Source: Candidatus Bathyarchaeia archaeon (lineage in GTDB: Archaea > Thermoproteota > CALKCG01 > B24). From it: a stretch of DNA of 64,000 nt. Made by a program: the position numbers and the translations under genes. The notes under the pieces were generated by a model. The model searched no databases. It was not told the DNA's origin and saw nothing but the letters and a program-made list of their open reading frames with translations. The stretch's first letter is position 1, and each line of letters begins with the position of its first letter. Shown piece by piece: positions 29,345 to 39,381 of this stretch. Location of the stretch: positions 672,001 through 736,000 of the forward strand of contig JAVZJD010000002.1 of NCBI GenBank assembly GCA_038870975.1. Reading direction: 5' to 3'.

Positions 29345-29692
29345 GTGAATACTCAGCCAAAAAGTTCTACGAAGGTTTTAGACTTAGAAGGATTAAAAAT
29401 CTACATCTACGTAGAAAAGCTTGACAATGCCTTAATCATCCTCTTATCGAAGCATGGTTTTAGACTGGGAACGCTAATATTCTCCATGAAGGAATTGGAG
29501 GGGCCTTCCAGGAGTACAACTTTACTCGGTTGGAAGGGTGAAGTTCAGGGTAGGATATTTGCCGAGAGGGTATCTTCTGAAACGGGCTTAATGACTCTAC
29601 TCTCTATAAACCTAGAGGAGGAGTATACTCAGAAATACTTTCGAAGCATATTGGAGACTCTAAATCAATGCATTAGAGAAGTGGTTACTTAA
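29345..29692 (+). CDS. Conserved hypothetical protein, possibly proteasome assembly chaperone 4-like
   Basis: ~115 aa with RLGTL...TLLG...FAERVS...LLSINL pattern. Confidence 0.45.
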   Translation: MNTQPKSSTKVLDLEGLKIYIYVEKLDNALIILLSKHGFRLGTLIFSMKELEGPSRSTTLLGWKGEVQGRIFAERVSSETGLMTLLSINLEEEYTQKYFRSILETLNQCIREVVT

Positions 29693-29758
29693 CTTCTAAG
29701 ATTGTCTTCATCTCTAGTAGAGTTGAAAATTGGATTCAAAAGTAGCAGACCACATCAT

Positions 29759-30313
29759 TTATAGCCCTAGTTGAGGCGCAATTCCTTTTAAAGCTTCTAA
29801 GGCCTCTCGTAGGAAGCTTTCTAGAGTTAACCCTATTTCTTCACACAACATTATGCGGTTTCTGTTTACGCCTCTAGCAAAGTCTTTCGATTTAAACTTT
29901 CTAAGTACTGTTTGAATCTGAACCTCCTCTATCTTCTTAGAGGGCATCACCAGTGCACAGGCTATGAGAAGACCTGAAGCAGCATCGGATGCGATTAGGG
30001 CTTTATCGAGTTTAGATTCAGGTTTAAAACCAGTATTTTCATAATTATGGGACTTTATCGCTTTTAACACTTCTGGAGGAACTATTCCTCCTATAAGTTT
30101 TTCAGCTACTAATCCATGCTTATTAGGCTCTTTTTGAGTCAGCTCATAATCTACATCGTGTAGAATACCGGTTAAACCCCAAAGTTCTTCATCTTCACCC
30201 AATAATCTCGCTACTCTACGTAGAATCGCTTCAACAGCAATACAGTGTTTAACAAAATTTTCATTCTTAACGTATTTTCTAAGCATATTGAGGGCTTCTT
30301 CACGGCTGATCAT
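29759..30313 (-). CDS. HDIG domain metal-dependent phosphohydrolase
   Basis: KHCIAVE, GILHDVDYE, KSKDFARGVNR. Confidence 0.9.
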   Translation of the reverse strand: MISREEALNMLRKYVKNENFVKHCIAVEAILRRVARLLGEDEELWGLTGILHDVDYELTQKEPNKHGLVAEKLIGGIVPPEVLKAIKSHNYENTGFKPESKLDKALIASDAASGLLIACALVMPSKKIEEVQIQTVLRKFKSKDFARGVNRNRIMLCEEIGLTLESFLREALEALKGIAPQLGL

Positions 30314-30362
30314 TAGGATGCCTCCATTTTTAAGGGTTAAATATAATATAAACTTGACGAGA

Positions 30363-31637
30363 CTAGTATGAAACCATCTCAGAGATCGTTGGTTTACCGA
30401 ATATTCTCTCGGCGGCTTTAGCTACGGGTTTTCTATACTCCTCCCTAGAGTACACTCGGACCAGGTTCATAACGTTTCTCATCATATCTAAAAGCCTAGA
30501 TAGCACTGTAAGTCGTTGAGGAATTTTCCTACCGTTCTCATCCCTCTTAAAACACGGTATATCCATAACTTCCGAGCCAGAAGAGTAGCGGTATGATACT
30601 GAGGGAAGACTGGGTGAATCGATGAAAACATCGTCACGCGGCACTTTGGCTTCGGAGGCTATTTCCTCCTCAAGCTTAACTTTCACAGATTCATTCGTTA
30701 ATAAAGAGCTTACAAGAGAGGATTCCATGAAAAGTGTTTTCTCATATACGCATTTTAAGAGTTTACGCTCCATAATATCGGCTATTATCGGCTTTGCTTC
30801 TTCAGAACGGGTAAGGTCGGTCCATACGGTGTAATCATCCATAGCTAAATACTCCTCTGGAGTGTTGAAATCTAGAAGCCCGATGCTGTCTTTAGCAGCA
30901 TCCATAGCTTTAAGAAGCATTATTTGAACCGCCCTTGAAGCTTTATGGAAGTATATAGACCTGAAAGACTCTATTCTAGCTACTATAAACGTCTCAAGTG
31001 CTGAAATGGCTGTAGCATCTACGGCAAGTTCGTTATTTAAAACATCCATAGTGTACAGTATTCTGAAGACGTCTACAAACCCATAGCCAGCTCCAGTATG
31101 ATAGTTGTCTCTTACTATGAAGTCCATCTTGTCTATATCTACAGGCCCTCTGATGAGTTGGCTTAAATACGGTTTATCGCCTATGGGCTCTCCTACTGCT
31201 AGGGCAGCTATTTTCATGACGTCGTATGATAGGCTCTTTAAAACATCAGATAATGTTGAGCATTCTATTATCCACTTAGTCATATCTTCATGCGTCTTAC
31301 CCTTGTATTTCACAAGCAGCCCTTCATAAACATGTGAAAAAGGGCCGTGACCTATATCGTGAAGCAAAGCAGCTACACGTAGAAGCACACGGTCTTCTTC
31401 AGACAGCTCAACCATAGAGTTTTCTGCGAAAAAGCCTGCCAAATACATGACCCCTAGGCTGTGTTCAAACCTCGTGTGATTCGCCGCAGGATAGACAAAT
31501 TCCGACCCTGCAAGTTGCCTTATCCTCCTCAACCTCTGGAAGACTTTGGTGTCGATAATCGCTTTCTCGGATTCTGAGATCTTTATATAGCCATATATTG
31601 GGTCTTTAATGAAACCCCAGTATTCTCGAAGAGACAA
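30363..31637 (-). CDS. HD-domain phosphohydrolase, dNTP triphosphohydrolase-like
   Basis: FQRLRRIRQL, HTRFEHSLG, LLHDIGHGPFSH, DIDKMDF. Confidence 0.92.
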   Translation of the reverse strand: MSLREYWGFIKDPIYGYIKISESEKAIIDTKVFQRLRRIRQLAGSEFVYPAANHTRFEHSLGVMYLAGFFAENSMVELSEEDRVLLRVAALLHDIGHGPFSHVYEGLLVKYKGKTHEDMTKWIIECSTLSDVLKSLSYDVMKIAALAVGEPIGDKPYLSQLIRGPVDIDKMDFIVRDNYHTGAGYGFVDVFRILYTMDVLNNELAVDATAISALETFIVARIESFRSIYFHKASRAVQIMLLKAMDAAKDSIGLLDFNTPEEYLAMDDYTVWTDLTRSEEAKPIIADIMERKLLKCVYEKTLFMESSLVSSLLTNESVKVKLEEEIASEAKVPRDDVFIDSPSLPSVSYRYSSGSEVMDIPCFKRDENGRKIPQRLTVLSRLLDMMRNVMNLVRVYSREEYRKPVAKAAERIFGKPTISEMVSY

Positions 31638-31709
31638 ATCTCAAACCTAAAATATATCTTGAAAAATAGCCATATATATGTTAACCTGGTATTAGGTAGA
31701 GGAGCTGCT

Positions 31710-32537
31710 TTGATTTTCAACGCAACCTTAGTCAATGAAGCCCTGAGAAGAATTGAACGTATTGTAGACCTAAACGACTCTTTTAACGCGGAGGTTGAAA
31801 GGGAAGTTGAGCGTATGGAAGTCCCAACCGTTTTAAAAAAAGAGTTTTCCAAGGCTTTAAGGGGGCTTCTAGACCCTGTTAAAACTCCTAGGAGGGGTTT
31901 TTTCATCGTTGTAACAGGTATCGATAAATCAGGCAAAGAAACTCAGTGTTTTAACCCCAGGAGAACCCCAGGCGTCAAATCGTTGATGGACTTCTTACTC
32001 GAGCTTAAAGGTGAAGTATTTCCCATCTCTCTACCAAGCTATAGAACCCTCTTAGGATCGTTGGTTGGCTCATATCTAGGTGTTAAAGATGTTAACGTCA
32101 AACTTAGTGGAGAGATTTCAGAGGAGCACGCGTGGATTCTATGGAGTCTAGACCGAGCCCAATACAATAATGATGTCAAAAGTTGGCTAAACCAGAGAAA
32201 CCACTACGTACTCGCGAGAAGGTGGACTGAAAGTAATGTATGCTATCAGACAGTTAGAGGTATATCAGAAGATAGAATTCTAAGGTTTGAGAGGAATATT
32301 GAAAAGCCTGACCTGATCTTGGTTATCGATATCACCGCCGAGGAGGCCTTAACGAGGTCTAGAGAAAGGGATAGATATGAAAAACTGGATTTTCTGGAGA
32401 AGGTTAGAGAGAAACTTCTTGAAATATCTTTCAGAGGACTCATCGGCCGAACGGTGGTCGTTAACGGCTTTGGCTCTCCATCTGAGGTCAACAGTAGGTT
32501 GCTTAAAATCCTCAACTTCTACTTGAGAAGAAGCTAA
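31710..32537 (+). CDS. Thymidylate kinase-like protein with N-terminal extension
   Basis: TGIDKSGKETQ P-loop, SLDRAQ, ARRWTESN, PDLILVIDI; TTG start after GAGGAG. Confidence 0.72.
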   Translation: MIFNATLVNEALRRIERIVDLNDSFNAEVEREVERMEVPTVLKKEFSKALRGLLDPVKTPRRGFFIVVTGIDKSGKETQCFNPRRTPGVKSLMDFLLELKGEVFPISLPSYRTLLGSLVGSYLGVKDVNVKLSGEISEEHAWILWSLDRAQYNNDVKSWLNQRNHYVLARRWTESNVCYQTVRGISEDRILRFERNIEKPDLILVIDITAEEALTRSRERDRYEKLDFLEKVREKLLEISFRGLIGRTVVVNGFGSPSEVNSRLLKILNFYLRRS

Positions 32538-32581
32538 GCTTATATACTACTTATCCATCCATCTATTGGAGGCTGAGGACT

Positions 32582-32857
32582 TTGAAAGCTCCAAAAGTCA
32601 TTAACACCTACTGCCCTAAGTGTAATGCTAAGACACCACATACTGTGTCGATATACCGTAAGGGGAAGGAAAATTCTTTACGCCGCGGAGCTAGACACCA
32701 TGAATGGGAGCTTCATGGATATGGTGGTCAGAAATTCCCAGAGCAGAGGAGGAAGGCAAAGACGACTACAAAGCAACTTCTAAAGTTGAAATGTAGACAG
32801 TGTGGATATACCCTGGATAGGCTTGGGGTTAGACTTAGAAAGCTTGAACTTGCGTAA
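32582..32857 (+). CDS. rpl44e: 50S ribosomal protein L44e
   Basis: TYCPKC...GYGGQ...KAKTT...LKCRQCG. Confidence 0.96.
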   Translation: MKAPKVINTYCPKCNAKTPHTVSIYRKGKENSLRRGARHHEWELHGYGGQKFPEQRRKAKTTTKQLLKLKCRQCGYTLDRLGVRLRKLELA

Positions 32858-32928
32858 AATCCCTATAGTTTGAGGAAAATTCTTTTTAGCGTCTTCAACG
32901 CTTATATTTAATTCGGTGAGAGAGTTTT

Positions 32929-33181
32929 ATGCCTCAGGCGTTTGTACTTATAAATTCCGAAATAGGTGCGGAGGAGGAGGTTTTAAACGCTCTTAAAAAT
33001 ATGGAGAATGTCAAGGAGGCATACATAGTCTATGGAGTCTACGACATAATCGCCCGGGTGGAAAGGGTTATTGCAACCCCCACATGCTGACACTATGGAG
33101 AAGCTTAGAGAGATAGTGACTGTAAGAATACGTAGGATAAATAAGGTTAGAAGCACTTTAACCATGATAGTTGCTAAGTAG
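32929..33181 (+). CDS. Stand-alone Lrp/AsnC ligand-binding domain protein (76 aa after removing intron 33064-33085)
   Basis: Exon 1 MPQAFVLINSEIGAEEEV...VYGVYDIIARVE; exon 2 ADTMEKLREIVTVRIRRINKVRSTLTMIVAK*; missed by the ORF track because the unspliced frame stops at 33088-33090. Confidence 0.9.
33064..33085 (+). other. Putative 22-nt bulge-helix-bulge mRNA intron
   Basis: Helix GTGG/CCAC, bulges AA^A and AT^G, inner stem GGGTT/AACCC, outer CGG/CTG; removal restores frame. Confidence 0.85.
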
Positions 33182-33238
33182 ATTTCAATTCCCCACTTTC
33201 ATTTTTAGACGTCGAACGACGTAAATACTTATATCACC

Positions 33239-34897
33239 ATGCTTGAGAATACTTATCTCGTGGAAAGAGTATACGTAGTTCCAGAACCTAAGAGGCTGGA
33301 GTTTACAGGTAAATGGTTTAAATTCGACGGTTTCGAAAACTTCCCGAAATTCATAGGTGAAGAGTTTAAAGTACCTGTGGGCGGGTGGAGAATAGTCAAA
33401 GTCGACCGTGATGGGACTGGTGTTAAAGTCAAAGAGGGGTTTGTCGAAGTTTGGGGTGACGAAAAAGTATTCTATGCTACGCTCATACAGCTTATACTGC
33501 AGGGTGATGGACATATTCCAGAGGTTACTATTGAAGAGGGTTTCTTCTTTAAATTTAGAGGATTCCATTTAGACATAGCTAGAGGAGGAGTCCCAAAAGT
33601 TGAGACATTTAAGTCGATCATTAGATGGCTCTACCTGCTCAAATACAACTACTTTGCAGTTTACGTTGAAGACCTATTCCCGTGGAAGAGCTATCCCCAG
33701 ATCGGTATATTGAGGGGTAGGCTAACGGAAGGAGAGTGGAATACCATAGTAGACTACGGTGAAAAGCTCGGTATTGAAGTCTTCCCATCTCTAGAGTTGT
33801 GCGGACACATGGAGCATATACTTTCAATACCTGAGTTTAGACGGTTCAGCGAGTGGCATAGACCTATGGAGGGTTGTTTAGATGTAAGTAATGAGGAGGC
33901 GAGAGAATTTGCATACAGACTTTTAAATGAGGCTTTAGAACTTACACGGTCAAAGTATGTGCATATAGGTGGAGATGAGACTTGGGCACTTGGAAGAGGA
34001 GTGAGTCTGAATAAGACGTGGAAGTTTGAAGGCCCAAGTCTCTACGAGAGACACCATAAGAGACTTGTTGAGATAGCTAGAAGCCATGAGAAAATCCCGC
34101 TGCTGTGGGGAGATATGATATCTGGAATGTATTTAGCTGGGGATAGGGAGAAGTGGGCTGAAGTGCTTCAAAGCGACATATGGAGAGATAGTATAATTGC
34201 CAACTGGGATTACAGCCCAGAGTCTATAGACCACTTTAGGAGGAAGATAGATATTTTTAAGAGTAGAGGGCTTGAACAAGTGGCTTGCCCAGGGCTTTCA
34301 AACTGGGACAGATTCTACCCAAATATCGAAGTAGCTATTGCAAACCTTAGAAACTTCCTTATAGCTGCTAGAGAGAAGGGCATCCTAGGCTTCATGGTGA
34401 CGGCTTGGGGAGACGATGGAGAAGAATGTCTATTTTCATTTCTGAATCCACTGATACTCGCATCCATGGAGATCGCTGAGGGCATTGGAGAATGGGAGGA
34501 GAAGTGGATGGCGCTAACTGGAGAATCTAAAGACGTGTTGAAAGCGAGGCTCTTATTCGGACGTGGAGAAGTCTCGGATATTCTCAAACATGCGTTATAT
34601 TCTACGCCTCTTCTGAGGAGGATTGGACGTGAAAGGCTAGAGCAGATTGTTAAAAACTGGGGAGGACTTCTAGAAGATTTGAAAGACGTTGCTCTACCTA
34701 AAGACCTCGAATTCATAAGGAGGAGTATTGAGGTTGGCTTAAATAAGCTCAGAGGGAAAGCGACAGTTTCAGACTACATTGCATTAGCCCGTTTATACTC
34801 TGAACTGTGGCTTTCAGAGAGAAAGCCAGAAGGATTAGAATTGATCGTTACAAGGCTTTGGGGGGCTGCTGGAAGAACTGACTTAAACCTGCAGTGA
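33239..34897 (+). CDS. GH20 beta-N-acetylhexosaminidase
   Basis: FRGFHLDIARG, HIGGDE, LLWGDM, TAWGDDG. Confidence 0.9.
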   Translation: MLENTYLVERVYVVPEPKRLEFTGKWFKFDGFENFPKFIGEEFKVPVGGWRIVKVDRDGTGVKVKEGFVEVWGDEKVFYATLIQLILQGDGHIPEVTIEEGFFFKFRGFHLDIARGGVPKVETFKSIIRWLYLLKYNYFAVYVEDLFPWKSYPQIGILRGRLTEGEWNTIVDYGEKLGIEVFPSLELCGHMEHILSIPEFRRFSEWHRPMEGCLDVSNEEAREFAYRLLNEALELTRSKYVHIGGDETWALGRGVSLNKTWKFEGPSLYERHHKRLVEIARSHEKIPLLWGDMISGMYLAGDREKWAEVLQSDIWRDSIIANWDYSPESIDHFRRKIDIFKSRGLEQVACPGLSNWDRFYPNIEVAIANLRNFLIAAREKGILGFMVTAWGDDGEECLFSFLNPLILASMEIAEGIGEWEEKWMALTGESKDVLKARLLFGRGEVSDILKHALYSTPLLRRIGRERLEQIVKNWGGLLEDLKDVALPKDLEFIRRSIEVGLNKLRGKATVSDYIALARLYSELWLSERKPEGLELIVTRLWGAAGRTDLNLQ

Positions 34898-34924
34898 TAC
34901 TTTCATGGTTTAGGTTTAACCCTT

Positions 34925-35986
34925 TCAACATTTTTCTACTATTTTCAATACTCTCTGTGCTTCTTCCTCACTGTGGCACCAGGTTTGGAGGAATAGGCCT
35001 TCGTGTTTAAGCTTGGATAGTAGGAATTCCACTTCCCATGGTTCGCATGATATTTGAAGGCATTTGCCAGCTTCCAACACTCTACGGCATACATTCACCC
35101 ATTTAGACATCGGTAGTGCACTGGCACCTGGAACCCATTGAATACCATCTATAGATTCTACTTTAAGCAGTATGTCTAGGTTGTTTAAAGCCATAGGTCC
35201 GTCTAAGTGGAATATCGAATTGTCTAAGTGTTCCGAGAGAATTATCTGCTCCTCTAGGAAGAATTCTCTGAACATTTTAGGAGATACAAGCCCTGAAAAA
35301 TCGTCCTGTAACGGGAAAAACCTACCTCTGGAGTAGGCTGGTATCCAGCTTATAGAACCCTCCTGGACTTTAGATATTTTACTGTAGTACGCTTCAAACA
35401 CCTGTATGCATATTTCCGTTATCCTCCCAATAAGCCTCTTAACTTCATTAGGCTGAGTGTACAATGCCCTCACAAGCTTCTGCGTTCCAATCATAGCGGC
35501 TAAAGCATCTCCACCGTAGTGTAGGTCTGGAATACCGACTAGGAAATTCCCCTTTGCAACTCTACAGACTGCATCTAAGATACTGTTCATAGTTCTCCAC
35601 CACTTGTTAGACTCATTGAGAACAGGCTCATAGTTCTTCAAGTCATCTACGAAAGGCTTCACCCACGAGGTCTCCTCATCGAGAAACGTCAATTCACCTC
35701 CCAGGAAAGCAGTTAGAGAATTGGGGCCTAAGTTTGGCCAATACTGTGGAAGAGCACCGCCTAGGAAGACGGTGTTTTCAAAGTAGTGTTCAAGCCGTTT
35801 GAGAATATAGTCTATATTTATCCATTTATCTTCAAGCGTCTTAACAGTTGGAATCTCCACGTACACTCGACGTTTCCTAGGAGCGGTTATGTGGATTAAA
35901 GGCCTATCTAAAACCTCACGCTTCCAAAAGGCATCGAAACGCTGTTTAATTGCATCAAAATCTACCTCAACTAAGTACGACCTCAT
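34925..35986 (-). CDS. Uroporphyrinogen decarboxylase-fold (cobalamin methyltransferase-like) protein
   Basis: PNLGP, LQDDFSGLVSP, FHLDGP, IQWVPGA. Confidence 0.7.
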   Translation of the reverse strand: MRSYLVEVDFDAIKQRFDAFWKREVLDRPLIHITAPRKRRVYVEIPTVKTLEDKWINIDYILKRLEHYFENTVFLGGALPQYWPNLGPNSLTAFLGGELTFLDEETSWVKPFVDDLKNYEPVLNESNKWWRTMNSILDAVCRVAKGNFLVGIPDLHYGGDALAAMIGTQKLVRALYTQPNEVKRLIGRITEICIQVFEAYYSKISKVQEGSISWIPAYSRGRFFPLQDDFSGLVSPKMFREFFLEEQIILSEHLDNSIFHLDGPMALNNLDILLKVESIDGIQWVPGASALPMSKWVNVCRRVLEAGKCLQISCEPWEVEFLLSKLKHEGLFLQTWCHSEEEAQRVLKIVEKC

Positions 35987-36029
35987 ACACGAACACCCTT
36001 TCAGCGGCGGTATATAGATATAGTTGAGT

Positions 36030-37976
36030 CTAAAAGCAGATCTTCACGGCAGAGTGTATTTTAAGTTCTTCAAGCTCAGCTTCTAGGATATTGCTCACAT
36101 ACCTCCATTTAATAGAGGATTCCGGGGGAATTAGTCTCAATTCTACGGGTTTCTTTTTAAGCTTAAGTTTGAACTTTAGCCCTTTTATTGGAGGTATGTC
36201 CTCTACGTAGAAGGAATTCCCCGAAAGGTCCTTGTAAACGGATAGATTGCAGAAGTGAAGTAGCAATGAATCCGACTTTCTCCTCAGAACAACTTCCACT
36301 GTCGGAGGAGCCTCCAACTCGAGCGATTTAGCGACAACATGGTCTAGGATAAACCCTATGATCTCCCTTATTTTTGGATACTGCTCAAACCAGTATGCTC
36401 CGAAGATGTCTGAAGCTATGTATACTGCTCTTCCAGAGCCGTATTTGTTCATCGAGGCTGCGGTAGTTTCACTGTCTAAAGCCTCTTTTTCCGATGTTGA
36501 GAGGGGGAGTATTTGAACTGCTTCATTAAGTAGAGGCCTATGCCAAGGTTTATTTATCAGTATCTTCTCCCCTCTGAATGGAATCCATCCTCTGGGTATG
36601 GCATTAAACTCTAAATGTTTTAAACCGAATAACTCTAGGGCTTTATCTACGTTGTTGACGAGAGATTTCCCAGTGGCTATTAGAACGCCTCCTCCCCTTG
36701 TAAACTCCATTAGGGCTTCTACTGTTGTTTCATCTATGAAGGATTGTTCAGTTAGAATTACAGCCTTATAGTTGTTTAATCTAGCGAGTAGGGTTTTCTC
36801 GTCGACTATGTCGAATAGGTAATGTAGTTCCTGCAGTGCTTTATGGGCACCCCTGAGGGGGTCTAAAACTCTCCCATAATCGTAAAGTCCGTTACCTGTC
36901 TCGTAGAAGTTTAAAGCTGAATGTAGTAGGGCGACCTCGTGATAAGGCTCAGATTCCTCAAAGGCTTCAGCTCTTGTATACGCGAAATCTGCGCATTTAG
37001 CTACTGTGCGCATATGTGAAGGCTGAAGAGAGTCGTCTTCGAGCGGGTTAACCCATATGAACCACTTTCCTCCATTAGCCATGATTACGGCGCCTTCTTG
37101 GAAGAGGTGTATTGGATACTTTGGGTAGGGTGTAGTATTGCCCCAGGTGAAAGCCTGTAAAGCCGTCATTAGATCAAACGGTTTACCTCTGGTTGACAAG
37201 AACCTTGCCTCGAAGCTTGCCTGTAGAGGACCATGCGTTGGAGATACGTCTGCAGACACCCAGTCTATGAACTCTAGAGGTTCATCGGGCATTCTCATTG
37301 TGAAAGACCAGTTGCTTGTAAATAGACAGTTAGGGTTAAGCTTATGGATGAACTCTGCACACTTTCTCAGGTAGTTTATAAAACTCTTTCTGTGGAATGC
37401 CATCCACGCTTTCCACAGTGGGTCTTGTGGATTTTTAGGCGGTTCTACGCCGTGAATACTCATAAACATTTTTCTACATGAGTCGCAGTAGCATGGAGCA
37501 ACACTCCAACAGTCTCCGTCGAACCAGAAGCCGTCGGGGTTGTATTTTTCAATTATCTCTTTAAGCTGTGGTAAAACCCTTGATTCAACGTAACCGCTGT
37601 TAGGACATAAAACATCTTCCCCTATGAAACCCCCCTCCACATTACGTCTACGCCATTCTGGGTGTTCTCTAGCAGCATACTCATCTTTCAACCCACTGTA
37701 GTAGACCGTGAATTTCACACCGAGTTTTTCAGAGGCCTTCTTATACGTTGCTAAAGCATCTTTCACGAGGCTTGGAGGAGTCCCTCCCAAACTTGTTGGA
37801 TAATTCGTCCATCCTGGGTGTCCTTTAGAATGGTACTGTATAAAGCCTGGTTTTACGGGAGCTATTAAAGAGGCGATCTCATCTGGATCTGCTCCACCCC
37901 CTACAGGGGTACTGGGTCCAACATGATGGTCGAAATGTATGTTTAAGAGTGTCTTCTTATACCATTCAACTCTCAT
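36030..37976 (-). CDS. Glycoside hydrolase, GH151/alpha-L-fucosidase-like with GATase-like trimerisation domain
   Basis: HFDHH, SKGHPGWTNYPT, YNPDGFWFDG, CYCDSC, VALLHS. Confidence 0.7.
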   Translation of the reverse strand: MRVEWYKKTLLNIHFDHHVGPSTPVGGGADPDEIASLIAPVKPGFIQYHSKGHPGWTNYPTSLGGTPPSLVKDALATYKKASEKLGVKFTVYYSGLKDEYAAREHPEWRRRNVEGGFIGEDVLCPNSGYVESRVLPQLKEIIEKYNPDGFWFDGDCWSVAPCYCDSCRKMFMSIHGVEPPKNPQDPLWKAWMAFHRKSFINYLRKCAEFIHKLNPNCLFTSNWSFTMRMPDEPLEFIDWVSADVSPTHGPLQASFEARFLSTRGKPFDLMTALQAFTWGNTTPYPKYPIHLFQEGAVIMANGGKWFIWVNPLEDDSLQPSHMRTVAKCADFAYTRAEAFEESEPYHEVALLHSALNFYETGNGLYDYGRVLDPLRGAHKALQELHYLFDIVDEKTLLARLNNYKAVILTEQSFIDETTVEALMEFTRGGGVLIATGKSLVNNVDKALELFGLKHLEFNAIPRGWIPFRGEKILINKPWHRPLLNEAVQILPLSTSEKEALDSETTAASMNKYGSGRAVYIASDIFGAYWFEQYPKIREIIGFILDHVVAKSLELEAPPTVEVVLRRKSDSLLLHFCNLSVYKDLSGNSFYVEDIPPIKGLKFKLKLKKKPVELRLIPPESSIKWRYVSNILEAELEELKIHSAVKICF

Positions 37977-38261
37977 ATCAGTACCTGAGTAGTTTTCCAC
38001 TTCTTATAGATTTAAATCATACATATGCTTTCCGTAAGATCCTAATTAAATACGGGTTGACTTAACCTAGTTTTACCTTTGGATATACTCTGACTATGTA
38101 ATTTTGAAGTTTTCGATTTAAATTTGAACCGCGTAGCAGGAGTAAGTAGACAGAGGAAAAGGATGCTTGGGAAAAGGTCTTAAAAATTGCCATAGCGTAG
38201 AGTTGCGACGATTTCAACAAAATCCTTAAATCAATGTTGACAATAATGAGGACTGAGACCC

Positions 38262-38618
38262 TTGGGATTCATTAAGGTTAAATTTGGTGTTTTTAATCCA
38301 CTCTCCCCCATAAAGATTGCTGAGATAGAGGGTATAGTGGATACAGGAGCCATATACAGTGTTATACCTAGAAGGAGACTTGAAGAGTTGGATATTAAGC
38401 CGATTGAGAGGAGGAGGTTTAGGGCATTTGGTGGATACGTTGAAAGGGATATAAGTGAAGTTGGAGTGGAAATTCTGGGAAGAAGGAGGACCGTAACTGT
38501 AATTATGGGAGAAGACAAAGACCAAGTCATATTGGGTGTAACAGCCTTAGAATCTTTCGGTTTAGAAGTCGACCCAGTAAGAGGGACGTTGAAAGAGGCA
38601 GAACTCCTACTCCTATAA
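38262..38618 (+). CDS. Clan AA aspartyl protease
   Basis: IVDTGA, ILGVTALE..GLEVDP. Confidence 0.88.
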   Translation: MGFIKVKFGVFNPLSPIKIAEIEGIVDTGAIYSVIPRRRLEELDIKPIERRRFRAFGGYVERDISEVGVEILGRRRTVTVIMGEDKDQVILGVTALESFGLEVDPVRGTLKEAELLLL

Positions 38619-38634
38619 ACTGGACAAGACGTGC

Positions 38635-39351
38635 CTATTTAATGTTTGAGACAATGCTGTTTCTAAGCATTAAACACAATGGTATACCTATAACCGTAGA
38701 CATTAGTGTGAATATTATTCTCTCAAACGCAGCAATAGGAATTAGCATTATGAAGAGTGAAGGAAGATTTGACACGTTTATAAGGAGGAGGTCAGCTACT
38801 GATATGAATACTAAACAACCATACATGTGACTGGTTACAGTCGCCGAATAACTACACAGCAATATTGAAAGCGACAGTTTCTTTTTTACATTGCTGTGGA
38901 AGAATTCAGCAAGCTTTGAACGTAAGACCAAGATTATTATAAGACCAAACCAATGCAACATTGCGAATATTGGTACGGCTTGGCCTACATAGGTTAAATA
39001 CCAAGCAATTATCAGAGCTGTTAAGACTACTGCTGAAATCTTCCAACCCGCTACACCGTTTAAGCGGCTTCTTGAAAGTGCACCAGCGGTGAAAGCCGAA
39101 AGAGGCATGGATGGTAGGGTAAGCCACTCAAATAAACTAGCTCCTGTTAAAATACGGTTGATGAAGGCTCCGAGAAGCGTAGTCAGTGTGCCGAGCGTTG
39201 GACCTAGGATGAAGCCGTAAATTGGCGCTATTCCTGAAATCATTCCGATTTTAGCACCGCTTATCCCTATTACGGGAAAGCCGGGTAGGTAGCTTAATAC
39301 CACGTACACAGCAGTCATTGTTGAAATCAAAGCCACATGCTTCGCATTCAT
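38635..39351 (-). CDS. ECF transporter S-component-like membrane protein
   Basis: APIYGFILGP, several TM segments, FERII. Confidence 0.65.
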   Translation of the reverse strand: MNAKHVALISTMTAVYVVLSYLPGFPVIGISGAKIGMISGIAPIYGFILGPTLGTLTTLLGAFINRILTGASLFEWLTLPSMPLSAFTAGALSRSRLNGVAGWKISAVVLTALIIAWYLTYVGQAVPIFAMLHWFGLIIILVLRSKLAEFFHSNVKKKLSLSILLCSYSATVTSHMYGCLVFISVADLLLINVSNLPSLFIMLIPIAAFERIIFTLMSTVIGIPLCLMLRNSIVSNIK

Positions 39352-39381
39352 ATGGACCCCTCGTTTGTCGGTATGGTGGTT

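Noticed and set aside
32983-33165. Minus-strand 60-aa ORF from the track
   Set aside because: Shadow of the intron-containing Lrp/AsnC gene on the plus strand
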